Assembly: GCA_965364305.1 (NCBI GenBank)
Contig: CBDTWX010000001.1
Coordinates: forward strand, 1-42,112
Direction of reading: 5' to 3'
Source: an uncultured Thermoanaerobaculia bacterium
GTDB lineage: Bacteria; Acidobacteriota; Thermoanaerobaculia; Thermoanaerobaculales; Sulfomarinibacteraceae
DNA length: 42,112 nucleotides
Part shown: positions 18,024 through 26,512 of the stretch, in pieces
How the letters are laid out: each line of letters opens with the position of its first letter
Numbering within the stretch: position 1 is the stretch's first letter
Made by a program: the position numbers and the translations under genes
The notes under the pieces: model-generated
The model's database searches: none
What the model saw: only the letters and a program-made list of their open reading frames with translations
Told to the model about the DNA's origin: nothing

Positions 18024-18176
18024 GATTACCTCCGGGTCGTTCATACCCATCCCCATGCCGGTGAAGTCGGTGGTGTCAAGGGTCGGAACGACCGGTCTCC
18101 GAGGCCGGCTTGCCCTTGACACCACCGACCTCACCGGCTAACCCATCACCCCATGAACGACCCGGAGGGGACCATG
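18021..18176. repeat. 156-nt near-perfect inverted repeat (long hairpin/cruciform)
   Basis: Base-by-base check gives three paired segments. 18057-18082 pairs with 18113-18138 (26 positions, 1 mismatch). 18029-18044 pairs with 18153-18168 (16/16, ATGAACGACCCGGAGG). The CATG ends pair as well. There is a 12 x 14 nt internal loop and a 30-nt apex with its own CCGG..CCGG stem. Confidence 0.9.
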
Positions 18177-18219
18177 CCGCGCTGATCGCTGCCGCTGATC
18201 GCTGCCGCTGATCGCTGTA
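18175..18219. repeat. Tandem 13-nt repeat TGCCGCTGATCGC, about 3 copies
   Basis: Perfect copies at 18190-18202 and 18203-18215. A copy with a 2-nt insertion lies at 18175-18189, and a decayed start follows at 18216. Confidence 0.9.
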
Positions 18220-18328
18220 CCTGACGCCTGCCCTGCTCCTGATAGTTGTCACTGCCTCGTCTCGACCTCACGGAGTCTCGGATGACCCCCGAAACGAACC
18301 GTCCCCCACATCTCGTACCAACCCTTTG

Positions 18329-18357
18329 TTGACAGTTCCGGCACCCGTTGCTATGAT
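18329..18357 (+). promoter_or_regulatory. Sigma-70-type promoter of the tRNA-Val pair
   Basis: TTGACA (18329-18334), a 17-nt spacer, then TATGAT (18352-18357). It lies about 95 nt upstream of the first tRNA. Confidence 0.65.
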
Positions 18358-18452
18358 CCATCCCCCTTTTCTGAGGGCTGTTCTTTGTGAATCAAACAGG
18401 GTCGAAGACGGGTCGCCAAGCGTCCAGGAGAGACCACCCGTCAATAGCCTAC

Positions 18453-18529
18453 AGGCGCGTAGCTCAGCTGGTTAGAGTGCTACCTTGACACGGTAGAGGT
18501 CAGCGGTTCGAGTCCGCTCGCGCCTACCA
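18453..18529 (+). tRNA. tRNA-Val (anticodon GAC)
   Basis: Manual cloverleaf: acceptor AGGCGCG/CGCGCCU, D arm GCUC-AGCUGGUUA-GAGU, anticodon arm CUACC-UUGACAC-GGUAG, variable AGGUC, T arm AGCGG-UUCGAGU-CCGCU, discriminator A, encoded CCA. Confidence 0.9.
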
Positions 18530-18547
18530 ATTACGATGGATCCGTGA

Positions 18548-18624
18548 AGGCGCGTAGCTCAGTTGGTTAGAGCGCATCCCTCACACGGATGAGGCCCGCG
18601 GTTCGAGTCCGCGCGCGCCTACCA
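18548..18624 (+). tRNA. tRNA-Val (anticodon CAC)
   Basis: Manual cloverleaf with the same acceptor AGGCGCG/CGCGCCU. Anticodon arm CAUCC-CUCACAC-GGAUG, T arm CGCGG-UUCGAGU-CCGCG, encoded CCA. Confidence 0.9.
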
Positions 18625-18638
18625 CTTCAGGTCCGAGG

Positions 18639-18670
18639 CCCGACCCCGATGGTCGGGTTTTCGTGTTTTT
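18639..18670 (+). terminator. Rho-independent terminator after the tRNA pair
   Basis: CCCGACC (18639-18645), loop CCGAT, GGTCGGG (18651-18657), followed by TTTTCGTGTTTTT. Confidence 0.75.
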
Positions 18671-18714
18671 GGCCGGTCGGATGCGGCGACGCGGCGGTGG
18701 CGATGGAGTTCGAT

Positions 18715-20658
18715 ATGAGCAATACAATTCGGGTGAGCTTGCCGGACGGCAGCTCGCGGGACTTCCCCGCGGGCGCGACCGTTCTCGAGGTGGCTGAAGG
18801 CATCGGCCCTCGGCTTGCCCGCGACACCGTCGCGGGGCTGGTCGATGGCGAGTTGGTGGATCTTCGCTCGCCGCTCACCCGCGACGTGGAGCTCCGTATC
18901 GTGACCACCACGGATGCCGAGAGTGGTGATGTCATTCGGCACTCGGCCGAGCACGTTCTTGCCGACGCGGTCAAAAGGCTGTGGCCTGGTACCCCGATCG
19001 ACGCGGGCCGTCAGGATCACTCGCAGAAGTACCAGTACGATTTTCGTTTCCCGCGTCCCTTTCGGCCCGAGGACTTCGAGCGGATCGAACAGGAGATGGC
19101 ACGGATCATCGCCGAGGACCTCGAGTTTCAGAGGGTCGAGGCTGACCGAGACGAGGTGAGACGGATCATGACCGAGCGCGGCGAGGACATCAAGATCGCC
19201 AGGCTCGAAGACATTCCCGAGGGCGAGACCATCACGTTGTACTCCCACGGCCCGTTCCTCGATCTGTGTCGAGGGCCGCACGTCCAGCGCACGTCGCAGA
19301 TCGGCGCCGTCCGCTTGCTCGAGGCTTCGGGCGCCTACTTCAGGGGTGACGAGCGCAACGAGATGCTGCAGCGGATCTACGGCACGGCCTTTGCGACAAA
19401 GAAGGAGCTCGACGCCTACTTCGCGCGTCTCGAGGAGCTCAAGCGTCGTGACCATCGCCGCCTCGGCCGAGAGCTCGACCTCTTTTCCTTCCACACCCAG
19501 GCGCCGGCGAGCCCGTTCTTCCACCCCCGCGGGGCGATCGTGTACAACCAGCTGATCGAGCTCATGCGGTCGAAGTACCGCGACTACGGCTATGACGAGG
19601 TGATTACACCGCAGATCTTCGACATCGCGCTGTGGAAGCAGTCCGGGCACTACGAGAACTACCGCGACGACATGTTCTTTGCAGATTCATTTGACGAGGT
19701 TGAAGAGCGGTCGTCGAGCGTCAAGCCCATGAACTGCCCCTCGCACTGCCTGCTCTTCGGTGGCAAGGCCCACTCCTACCGCGATCTGCCGCGGCGGATC
19801 GCCGATTTCGGCCGCCTCCACCGCTACGAACGCTCGGGTGTCGTGACCGGGCTGACCCGCGTGCGGACTTTCTCGCAGGATGATGCCCACATCTTCTGTA
19901 CCCCCGACCAGATCGCGGGAGAGATCACGGCACTCTTCGACTTCATCTTCGAGATTTACGACCTCTTCGCTTTCGAGGATGTCAAGGTCCACCTCGCGAC
20001 GCGACCAGAAAAGGCGATGGGTGACCCCGAGGTGTGGAAGCACGCGGAGGCCGTCCTCGCACGCTGTCTGGACGATCGACCCGGCGTGGACTACGAGATG
20101 AACCCCGGTGAGGGTGCGTTTTACGGGCCGAAGATCGATTTCGATGTCCACGACGCCCTCGGTCGCTCATGGCAGCTGGCCACCATTCAGCTCGACTTCC
20201 AGATGCCGGAACGTTTCGAGCTGTCCTATGTGGCCTCGGACGGATCCGAACAGCGGCCGGTGATGATCCATCGAGCGATCCTCGGTTCGTTGGAGCGATT
20301 CTACGGGGTGATGCTCGAGCACTTCGGCGGTGATCTGCCGCCGTGGCTCGCGCCGGAGCAGGCTCGGGTTCTGCCGATCACCGACGCGGTCAACGACTAT
20401 GCCGAGAAGGTCGCCACCGATCTCCGGTCGCGCGGCCTGCGGGTGGAGGTCGATCGGAGATCCGAGAAGCTGGGCTACAAGATTCGCGAGGGAGAGACCC
20501 AGAAGATCCCCTATCTCCTGGTGGTGGGGCAGAGAGAGGCGGACGACGGAACGGTGTCTCTCCGGTTGCGTCATCGCCGCGACGAGGGCGTGCAGCCTGT
20601 GAATCAGGTTGCGGATCGCATCATCAATGTTGCTGAAACACGTTCTTTGGAGCTCTGA
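18715..20658 (+). CDS. thrS: Threonine--tRNA ligase
   Basis: The ORF-track frame opens at 18589, but that extension overlaps tRNA-Val(CAC) and the terminator. ATG 18715 (GGAG 7 nt upstream) gives [17 protein letters not shown], the canonical TGS-domain N-terminus; the alternative is ATG 18703. The editing motif HSAEHVLA and class II core are present. Confidence 0.95.
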   Translation: MSNTIRVSLPDGSSRDFPAGATVLEVAEGIGPRLARDTVAGLVDGELVDLRSPLTRDVELRIVTTTDAESGDVIRHSAEHVLADAVKRLWPGTPIDAGRQDHSQKYQYDFRFPRPFRPEDFERIEQEMARIIAEDLEFQRVEADRDEVRRIMTERGEDIKIARLEDIPEGETITLYSHGPFLDLCRGPHVQRTSQIGAVRLLEASGAYFRGDERNEMLQRIYGTAFATKKELDAYFARLEELKRRDHRRLGRELDLFSFHTQAPASPFFHPRGAIVYNQLIELMRSKYRDYGYDEVITPQIFDIALWKQSGHYENYRDDMFFADSFDEVEERSSSVKPMNCPSHCLLFGGKAHSYRDLPRRIADFGRLHRYERSGVVTGLTRVRTFSQDDAHIFCTPDQIAGEITALFDFIFEIYDLFAFEDVKVHLATRPEKAMGDPEVWKHAEAVLARCLDDRPGVDYEMNPGEGAFYGPKIDFDVHDALGRSWQLATIQLDFQMPERFELSYVASDGSEQRPVMIHRAILGSLERFYGVMLEHFGGDLPPWLAPEQARVLPITDAVNDYAEKVATDLRSRGLRVEVDRRSEKLGYKIREGETQKIPYLLVVGQREADDGTVSLRLRHRRDEGVQPVNQVADRIINVAETRSLEL

Positions 20659-20683
20659 AGCTTTTTGGGAAAAGGAGTTCGAC

Positions 20684-20884
20684 ATGCCGAAACTGAAGAC
20701 CCATCGTGGCGCTGCCAAGCGGATCAAACGGACCGCGAGCGGCAAGTTCAAGCGCCACCATGCCTATCATTCACACATCCTGACGAAGAAGTCGCGCAAG
20801 CGGAAGCGCAAGCTGCGCTCGTCCACGATCGTGGCACCTGGCGATGCCAAGGTGCTCGAGAAGATGCTCGCGGCACAGCGCTAG
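20684..20884 (+). CDS. rpmI: 50S ribosomal protein L35
   Basis: [42 protein letters not shown] lies 6 nt upstream of ATG 20684. The ORF-track start at 20609 lies inside thrS. Confidence 0.95.
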   Translation: MPKLKTHRGAAKRIKRTASGKFKRHHAYHSHILTKKSRKRKRKLRSSTIVAPGDAKVLEKMLAAQR

Positions 20885-20893
20885 GGAGGCAGC

Positions 20894-21247
20894 ATGCGCG
20901 TCAAGAGATCGTCCAAACGCAAGGATCGCAGGAAGAAGATTCTCAACCTGGCTGAGGGATACTGGGGCGGCAAATCGCGACTTCACCGCACCGCCAAGAT
21001 CCAGGTCGAAAAGTCCCTCCAATACGCCTATCGCGACCGCAAGCAGCGCAAGCGCCACTTCCGCTCGCTGTGGATCACCCGCATCAATGCGGCGGCGCGC
21101 CAGAACGGCACCACCTACTCGGCATTTATCACCGGACTGAAGAGCGCCGGCTGTGATCTCGACCGCAAGGTCCTCGCCGACCTCGCGGTGCGCGATCCAC
21201 AGGCGTTCACCCAGCTGGTCGAGCTCTCCAAGCAAGCCGAGAGCTGA
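20894..21247 (+). CDS. rplT: 50S ribosomal protein L20
   Basis: [69 protein letters not shown]. Confidence 0.97.
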   Translation: MRVKRSSKRKDRRKKILNLAEGYWGGKSRLHRTAKIQVEKSLQYAYRDRKQRKRHFRSLWITRINAAARQNGTTYSAFITGLKSAGCDLDRKVLADLAVRDPQAFTQLVELSKQAES

Positions 21248-21254
21248 GGTCTCG

Positions 21255-22310
21255 GTGAGCACCGCACGTCTGGAGGAGGTCCGGGCGTCCTTCCTCGCCG
21301 ATCTCGAGTTGGCGGCGGGCGACGCGGGGGCGGTCGAGGCGGTACGCATCAAGTACGTCGGACGGCGGTCCGGTCTTCTCAACGAGCTCACCGCAGTTCT
21401 GCGCGATCTTCCCAAGGAGGAGAAACGCGACTACGGGCGTGGCCTCAACGAGCTCAAGAAGGAGATCGCCGAGCGGCTCGCGGCGGCCACGATGGACTCT
21501 GACGAGACGTTCGTCACCGCCCCCAAAGGTGGCGATGCCGCCTCGCATCGTGCCGCGGCCCACTCGGTGGACGTCACCCTGCCTGGCACGCCGCTGGTTC
21601 GTGGCGCCCAGCACCCCGTCCACATCGTCAGGCGACGAATTGAGGAGATCTTCCTCCGCATGGGATATGACGTGGAGGCGGGACCCGAGGTCGAGGCCGA
21701 CTGGCACAACTTCGAGGCTCTCAATATCCCGCCCGATCATCCGGCGCGGGACGACCAGGACACCTTCTATCTCCCTGGCGGATATCTGCTCAGAACCCAT
21801 ACCTCGCCGGTGCAGGCGAGGGTGATGAAAGAACGCACACCTCCGATCCGCATCGTCGTACCCGGGCGCGTTTACCGGCGTGACTCCGATCTCCGTCACT
21901 CGCCGATGTTCCACCAGATCGAAGGCCTGCTGGTTGATGAGGGCATCACGGTGGGTCATCTCAAGGCGACCCTCGAGACCTTTCTCCACGCCCTCTTCTC
22001 CGACGACGTCGAGGTGCGGCTCCGTCCCGGCTACTTCCCCTTCACCGAGCCGTCGGCGGAGGTCGATATCTCGTGCATTTTCTGCTCCCAGAAGGGCTGT
22101 GGCGTGTGCTCGGGCTCGGGCTGGATCGAGATCCTCGGCTCCGGAATGGTCGACCCGAGGGTTTTCGAGGCGGTCGGAGTGGACTCCAAGCGATACACGG
22201 GTTTTGCATTCGGTCTCGGTCTCGATCGCATCGCGATGTTGGTGTACGGGATTCCCGACCTGCGCCAACTCTTTGCCGGTGATCAACGTCTGACGAGGCA
22301 GTTCGCATGA
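21255..22310 (+). CDS. pheS: Phenylalanine--tRNA ligase alpha subunit
   Basis: GTG 21255 lies 8 nt after the rplT stop; the ORF-track start at 21153 lies inside rplT. Motifs HPARDDQDTFYL, RTHTSPVQ, FPFTEPSAEVD and GSGMVDP are present. Confidence 0.93.
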   Translation: MSTARLEEVRASFLADLELAAGDAGAVEAVRIKYVGRRSGLLNELTAVLRDLPKEEKRDYGRGLNELKKEIAERLAAATMDSDETFVTAPKGGDAASHRAAAHSVDVTLPGTPLVRGAQHPVHIVRRRIEEIFLRMGYDVEAGPEVEADWHNFEALNIPPDHPARDDQDTFYLPGGYLLRTHTSPVQARVMKERTPPIRIVVPGRVYRRDSDLRHSPMFHQIEGLLVDEGITVGHLKATLETFLHALFSDDVEVRLRPGYFPFTEPSAEVDISCIFCSQKGCGVCSGSGWIEILGSGMVDPRVFEAVGVDSKRYTGFAFGLGLDRIAMLVYGIPDLRQLFAGDQRLTRQFA

Positions 22311-24331
22311 TTTTTGACTCCGAATGGCTGATAGAGCACCTCAGCGGCGCCCCCGACCTCGACACGCTGGCCGACCGGCTGACCGCTTGTGGCTGCCTGG
22401 TGGAGCTGCGTGAACCCGCTGACGGCGCCGAAAAATGGGACGTAGAGGTGACCACCAACCGCCCTGACGCGATGAACCACCGGGGGCTTGCTCGGGAGGC
22501 CGCGGTCGCCACCGGTGCCGAGCTGCGACCCCTGGAGTTTGATCTCGACGAAGGCGATGAGGTCGCCGCCGATCTGGCAGCGGTCGAGATTGAAGATCCC
22601 GAGCTCTGCCCGCGCTATGTCGCAAGGGTCATCCGAGGCGTCCAGGTGGGTCCCGCTCCAGAGTGGATCCAGCGCCGCCTCCTCAACTGTGGCGTGCGTC
22701 CCATCAACGCGGTGGTGGACGCTACCAACTACGTTTTGCTCGAGCTCGGGCAACCGCTGCACGCCTTCGATCTCGCCCTCGTCCGCGGGCGTCGGATCGT
22801 GGTGCGCCCGGCCGAGGCTGGCGAGCGCCTGACGACCCTCGACGGGGAAGACCGCGAGCTCGAACCGTCGATGTTGATGATCGCCGACGACGAGCGTGTT
22901 GTTGCGGTCGCCGGGATCATGGGCGGCGCGGACTCGGAGATCCACGACGACACCACCGATGTCCTCTTGGAGAGCGCTCATTTCAACGCCTTGTCGGTGC
23001 GCCGTACGGCTCGTCGGCTCGGCATGCACACCGAGGCCTCGCACCGCTTCGAGCGAGGCAGCGATCCCGAGATGGCGGCCATCGCCTGTGACCGGGCGGC
23101 TGCGCTGATCGCGCAGCTCACAGGTGGCAGGGTGTGCCGGGGGCGCATCGATGTTTACCCTCGGCCGAGCGAAGCGCGGCAGATGGAGCTGTCGGTCACA
23201 GAGTTGTCTGCTTTTGCGGGTCTCGAGATCGGGGCCGACCGTGCGATGGCGATCCTCGCGGGCCTCGGTTTCTCTCCGCGGCGTGAAAACGACCTGCTGT
23301 GGGTCACAGTGCCCTCTCACCGGGTTGACATCGAACGGACTGCCGATCTGTTCGAGGAGGTGATTCGACACGTCGGTTTTGGGGCGGTTCCGGCGAAGTT
23401 GCCGATCCTGCCAACCCAGCCGGGGCGGAGACACCCGAATTGGGAGCTCATCGATCGGTCGCGCATTGCTGCGGTCGCAGCTGGTCTGACCGAAGTGATG
23501 ACATGGAGCTTTATCGATCCCGAGACCGACCAATTGGTGGAATCTCACGCGTTGCGCCCCGGCCCGTCAATGCCGCTCGAAAACCCCCTTGCGCAGACTC
23601 AGGGCGTGATGCGACGGTCGCTCCTGCCGGGGTTGTTGTCTGCGGCGGCGACCAACTTCAATCAGGGTGAGCAGAAGCTGGCTGTTTTCGAACAGGGGCG
23701 GGTGTTCAGCTTCGATAACGGCCGGCCGTCAGAGCACGAACGATTGGGCATTGTTCTGTCGGTTGAAGGCCGAAGCCGCGAGGAGAGGTTTGCCGATCTC
23801 AAGGGTGTCGTCGCGGACCTCGTGGCGCGGATCGCTCTGCCGTCGGTCAACTGGTCGGCCGGTGGAGCTCCCTGGCTGGACGCAGGCGCCGGAGCACGAC
23901 TCACGACAGGTGACGACGTGGTGATTGGTCTTGCTGGCATCCTGTCGCGGGAGTTCGCCGATCGATGGGAGCTCCGTCGCGAGGTGGCGGTTGCCGAGCT
24001 CGATCTCGGTCTCGCCGGAGATGTGCCCTTACCGCGTTTCGAGGCACTCCATCGGTTCCCGTCGGTGGTGGTGGACATGACGGTCGAGCACCCGAACACG
24101 CTCAGCTACTCCGATCTCGAAAACGCTGTGCGCGAGGACGCCGGCGAGTGGGTCGAAGATCTGCGTCTCGAGGCCCGCTTTGTTCCCCATGACAGACCTG
24201 GAGTGGTGAGAACAACGTTGCGGCTGGTCTACCGACACGCCGAGCGGTCTCTGACGCAGGAGGAGGTCAACCTGGCGCACGCGGATCTGCGCTCAGAACT
24301 GAGCGATCGGCTCGGAGTGACCTTCGCGTGA
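22307..24331 (+). CDS. pheT: Phenylalanine--tRNA ligase beta subunit (short form, apparently lacking the N-terminal OB-fold tRNA-binding domain)
   Basis: 674 aa. MIFDSEWLIEHL...LADRLTACGCLVE is followed almost directly by EVTTNRPDAMNHRGLAREAA. B3/4, B5 and FDX-ACB-like C-terminal regions are present. It overlaps pheS by 4 nt. Confidence 0.92.
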   Translation: MIFDSEWLIEHLSGAPDLDTLADRLTACGCLVELREPADGAEKWDVEVTTNRPDAMNHRGLAREAAVATGAELRPLEFDLDEGDEVAADLAAVEIEDPELCPRYVARVIRGVQVGPAPEWIQRRLLNCGVRPINAVVDATNYVLLELGQPLHAFDLALVRGRRIVVRPAEAGERLTTLDGEDRELEPSMLMIADDERVVAVAGIMGGADSEIHDDTTDVLLESAHFNALSVRRTARRLGMHTEASHRFERGSDPEMAAIACDRAAALIAQLTGGRVCRGRIDVYPRPSEARQMELSVTELSAFAGLEIGADRAMAILAGLGFSPRRENDLLWVTVPSHRVDIERTADLFEEVIRHVGFGAVPAKLPILPTQPGRRHPNWELIDRSRIAAVAAGLTEVMTWSFIDPETDQLVESHALRPGPSMPLENPLAQTQGVMRRSLLPGLLSAAATNFNQGEQKLAVFEQGRVFSFDNGRPSEHERLGIVLSVEGRSREERFADLKGVVADLVARIALPSVNWSAGGAPWLDAGAGARLTTGDDVVIGLAGILSREFADRWELRREVAVAELDLGLAGDVPLPRFEALHRFPSVVVDMTVEHPNTLSYSDLENAVREDAGEWVEDLRLEARFVPHDRPGVVRTTLRLVYRHAERSLTQEEVNLAHADLRSELSDRLGVTFA

Positions 24332-24383
24332 CGGTACGATGCCTGTTGACGAGCGCGAGGCGAACAACTTGGAGGGAATGACG

Positions 24384-24629
24384 ATGGCAATGGATGCCGT
24401 GCTCAAGCAGCTCGAATCGAGGATCGAGGAACTGGTCAACGCCTATGGCGAAAGCAAGAAACGCGAGGCCGAGCTGGCTGCAAAGGTCGAAAAGCTCGGT
24501 GAACAGCTGGCCTCGGAAGCGAAGGTCGGCGACCGCGTGGCGGCGCTCGAGAAGCAGCGTGACGAGCTCGGGAAACGTCTCGAAAAGGTGCTCAATCTGA
24601 TTGACGGTACGCTTGCGAACGAGGACTGA
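24384..24629 (+). CDS. zapB: ZapB-like coiled-coil cell division protein
   Basis: About 81-aa all-heptad coiled coil, MAMDAVLKQLESRIEELVNAYGESKKREAELAAKVEKLGEQL... GGAGGG lies 7 nt upstream of ATG 24384. The ORF track opens at 24339, and ATG 24378 is also possible. Its position near zapA fits a zapB-zapA module. Confidence 0.5.
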   Translation: MAMDAVLKQLESRIEELVNAYGESKKREAELAAKVEKLGEQLASEAKVGDRVAALEKQRDELGKRLEKVLNLIDGTLANED

Positions 24630-24693
24630 GATCTTTCAAAAGATCCTGCGGCAAGGATCTGTTGAGCCGCCTGACGGACGGGGCTGGTGCCGA

Positions 24694-26316
24694 TCAGCGT
24701 GCACCAGCCGAAATGATCCTGTTTTCTATGCGGTCGGCAACTTCGGAGTGGTTCAGTTGGCGCAACACCTGCACCCGCATGATTTCGGTTTCGACCTTTG
24801 GTGCTGATCCCTGCCAGGTGAACGCCAACAGGATGACTGCGCCGGTTGCCGTCGAAACGGCTGCGGGCCAGAATTTCCGGTCGCCGATCAGGTGAATCGA
24901 CGCCCATATCAGCGCGCTGATCACGACCACTCCGGCAAATACGACGACCCACACGGGCGCAATACCAGAAACCGAGCTCAAGAGGTTGGCTGTGCCGACG
25001 CCGTCCGAGAGCGACGGCAGAACGAGTTCGGCCAACGGCGCTCCGAATTGTGGTGGGAAAAACGGTGTCAGGGCGATTGTGAGAAACGTATTCATGCCGG
25101 ATGCCGTGATCAGGATGACGACGGTGACGGCACCCCAGCGGCGTCTGACCAGACGTATTGCTGCGAAGATCGCGACGACAGTGACGAGCGGGACTATCGG
25201 TACGAGATGACGGGCTGCAGCGCACCATCCCGCCTCCCAATCGACAAAGCTTGATGCAAAAAACACGTAACCGAGAGTAGCGATCAGGATGGGACCGGCA
25301 TCCCGCCACCCTTGACGGCGAACAAGCCATACCACGCCGATGGGTGCGAGCACGAGGATGGGACTGTAGAAAAGCAAACCCCTCTTGGCGCTGAACAAAA
25401 TCCCCCAGAGGGCTTCGGTTGACGGCCACATGATGCCGAACACGCCGTGCTCGTGAATCGCCTGGAAATCGGCCGCCGCCTTGAACGAGTAACCGGTGAG
25501 CCACGGTGCACCGAAAGCGATCTGATGGTACATCAACGCCGGCAGCGCACCCAAAATGCCCCCGGCGACTGCGGTTAGCAGGGTCTTGGAGGCGGTGCGA
25601 CGCACCAGGAGGGAGAAGAAAACTACCGCCGCGAGGAGGATCGTCGGGTACTCGGTAGCGACCGCGAAACCGATGGCGATGCCACCGAGGGCGGCGCGCC
25701 GCAGATCGAGGACGATCGTGCGACCCGGGCAGCCGAGAAGCAGAATCCAGGCGAGAGTGATAAAGAGGGCGGCCGGCGCATGACCGAAGAAGACGGTTCC
25801 GTATGTCCAAAGCGGGGTGGCCAACGCCACGATCACCGCGACCGCCGCGCGCTTTTGCGGATCACCGTGGGGAACCACGCTTCCGATCAAGAAGGCAAGG
25901 CCGACGGTCGGCAACGCGATCAGGAGCGCGGTGAGCACATGGCGAAGTGGCCAGTACGCCGGAAGGTCGCTCGGCGGTTCGCGCGGAAGCAAGGGGTCCA
26001 CGATCCACACCAGTGGGGCGGCCGCGGTGGAAAGCCAGGGCGCCTTGTCGGAGTAGATCTCAGAAGCGCTGATCGACACATCCTCGGACAAACCGTAGAT
26101 CTCTGCGGCTGGGCTGATTTCGAGCTGCGCCCAGAAGGCGATCGTGACGGCGAGCTCTATTCGTACGAGTTCGTTGGGGTTCGTTGCAGTGGGAGAACCA
26201 GCAATCGGCAGAATGTATAGTGCTACGACCAGCAACAGCGGCGGGCCAAACCACCAAGGCCTGGCGGGCGGTTTTCTGGCGGCCGCCGGATCTGAGGACC
26301 CGTTGCTGAAAAACAC
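24694..26316 (-). CDS. Polytopic membrane protein, GT-C-fold (ArnT/PMT-like) glycosyltransferase-like
   Basis: 540 aa, GTG start, with 12 or more hydrophobic spans and a C-terminal soluble tail. Length and topology resemble lipid-carrier-dependent glycosyltransferases. I cannot verify a diagnostic motif by eye. Confidence 0.6.
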   Translation of the reverse strand: MFFSNGSSDPAAARKPPARPWWFGPPLLLVVALYILPIAGSPTATNPNELVRIELAVTIAFWAQLEISPAAEIYGLSEDVSISASEIYSDKAPWLSTAAAPLVWIVDPLLPREPPSDLPAYWPLRHVLTALLIALPTVGLAFLIGSVVPHGDPQKRAAVAVIVALATPLWTYGTVFFGHAPAALFITLAWILLLGCPGRTIVLDLRRAALGGIAIGFAVATEYPTILLAAVVFFSLLVRRTASKTLLTAVAGGILGALPALMYHQIAFGAPWLTGYSFKAAADFQAIHEHGVFGIMWPSTEALWGILFSAKRGLLFYSPILVLAPIGVVWLVRRQGWRDAGPILIATLGYVFFASSFVDWEAGWCAAARHLVPIVPLVTVVAIFAAIRLVRRRWGAVTVVILITASGMNTFLTIALTPFFPPQFGAPLAELVLPSLSDGVGTANLLSSVSGIAPVWVVVFAGVVVISALIWASIHLIGDRKFWPAAVSTATGAVILLAFTWQGSAPKVETEIMRVQVLRQLNHSEVADRIENRIISAGAR

Positions 26317-26485
26317 GATGAGGTTTCTCCAATCGGGGATTCAATTTCGCTTTCGTGTCGCGGCTTGTTGCGACGATGACGTGCAGGTACGATTCAAGTT
26401 TAGCGCAGAGAAACCGGCTCACGATCGTCGGTCGAGCCGGTGAAACCTCCGCTTGGCCGGCCGAAAATTCAATATTGCGATGCGG

Positions 26486-26491
26486 TATAAT
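26486..26491 (+). promoter_or_regulatory. Perfect TATAAT -10 hexamer upstream of zapA
   Basis: The context reads gcggTATAATcgtcgtgGGAGGAactatctgATG. No convincing -35 is present. Confidence 0.35.
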
Positions 26492-26512
26492 CGTCGTGGG
26501 AGGAACTATCTG

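Noticed and set aside
18021-18176. Invertible promoter switch (fim/hin-like) or CRISPR-like repeats as an explanation for the inverted repeat and neighbouring tandem repeats.
   Set aside because: The segment between the arms is only 30 nt and no recombinase gene is nearby. The tandem repeats are 13 nt with no spacers, so neither an invertase switch nor a CRISPR array fits. A MITE is not excluded, but I saw no target-site duplication (flanks GTCGAG and CCGCGC).
18589-18714. N-terminal extension of the thrS ORF (MRPAVRVRARLPLQ...).
   Set aside because: It overlaps tRNA-Val(CAC) and the intrinsic terminator. The canonical ThrRS N-terminus starts at 18715.
24630-24659. Two overlapping hairpins, GATCTT-TCAA-AAGATC and GATCCT-GCGGCA-AGGATC, between the convergent zapB-like and GT-C genes, considered as a bidirectional terminator.
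   Set aside because: The stems are only 6 bp, share the central GATC so they are mutually exclusive, and have no U-tract on either strand. This is too weak to call a terminator.
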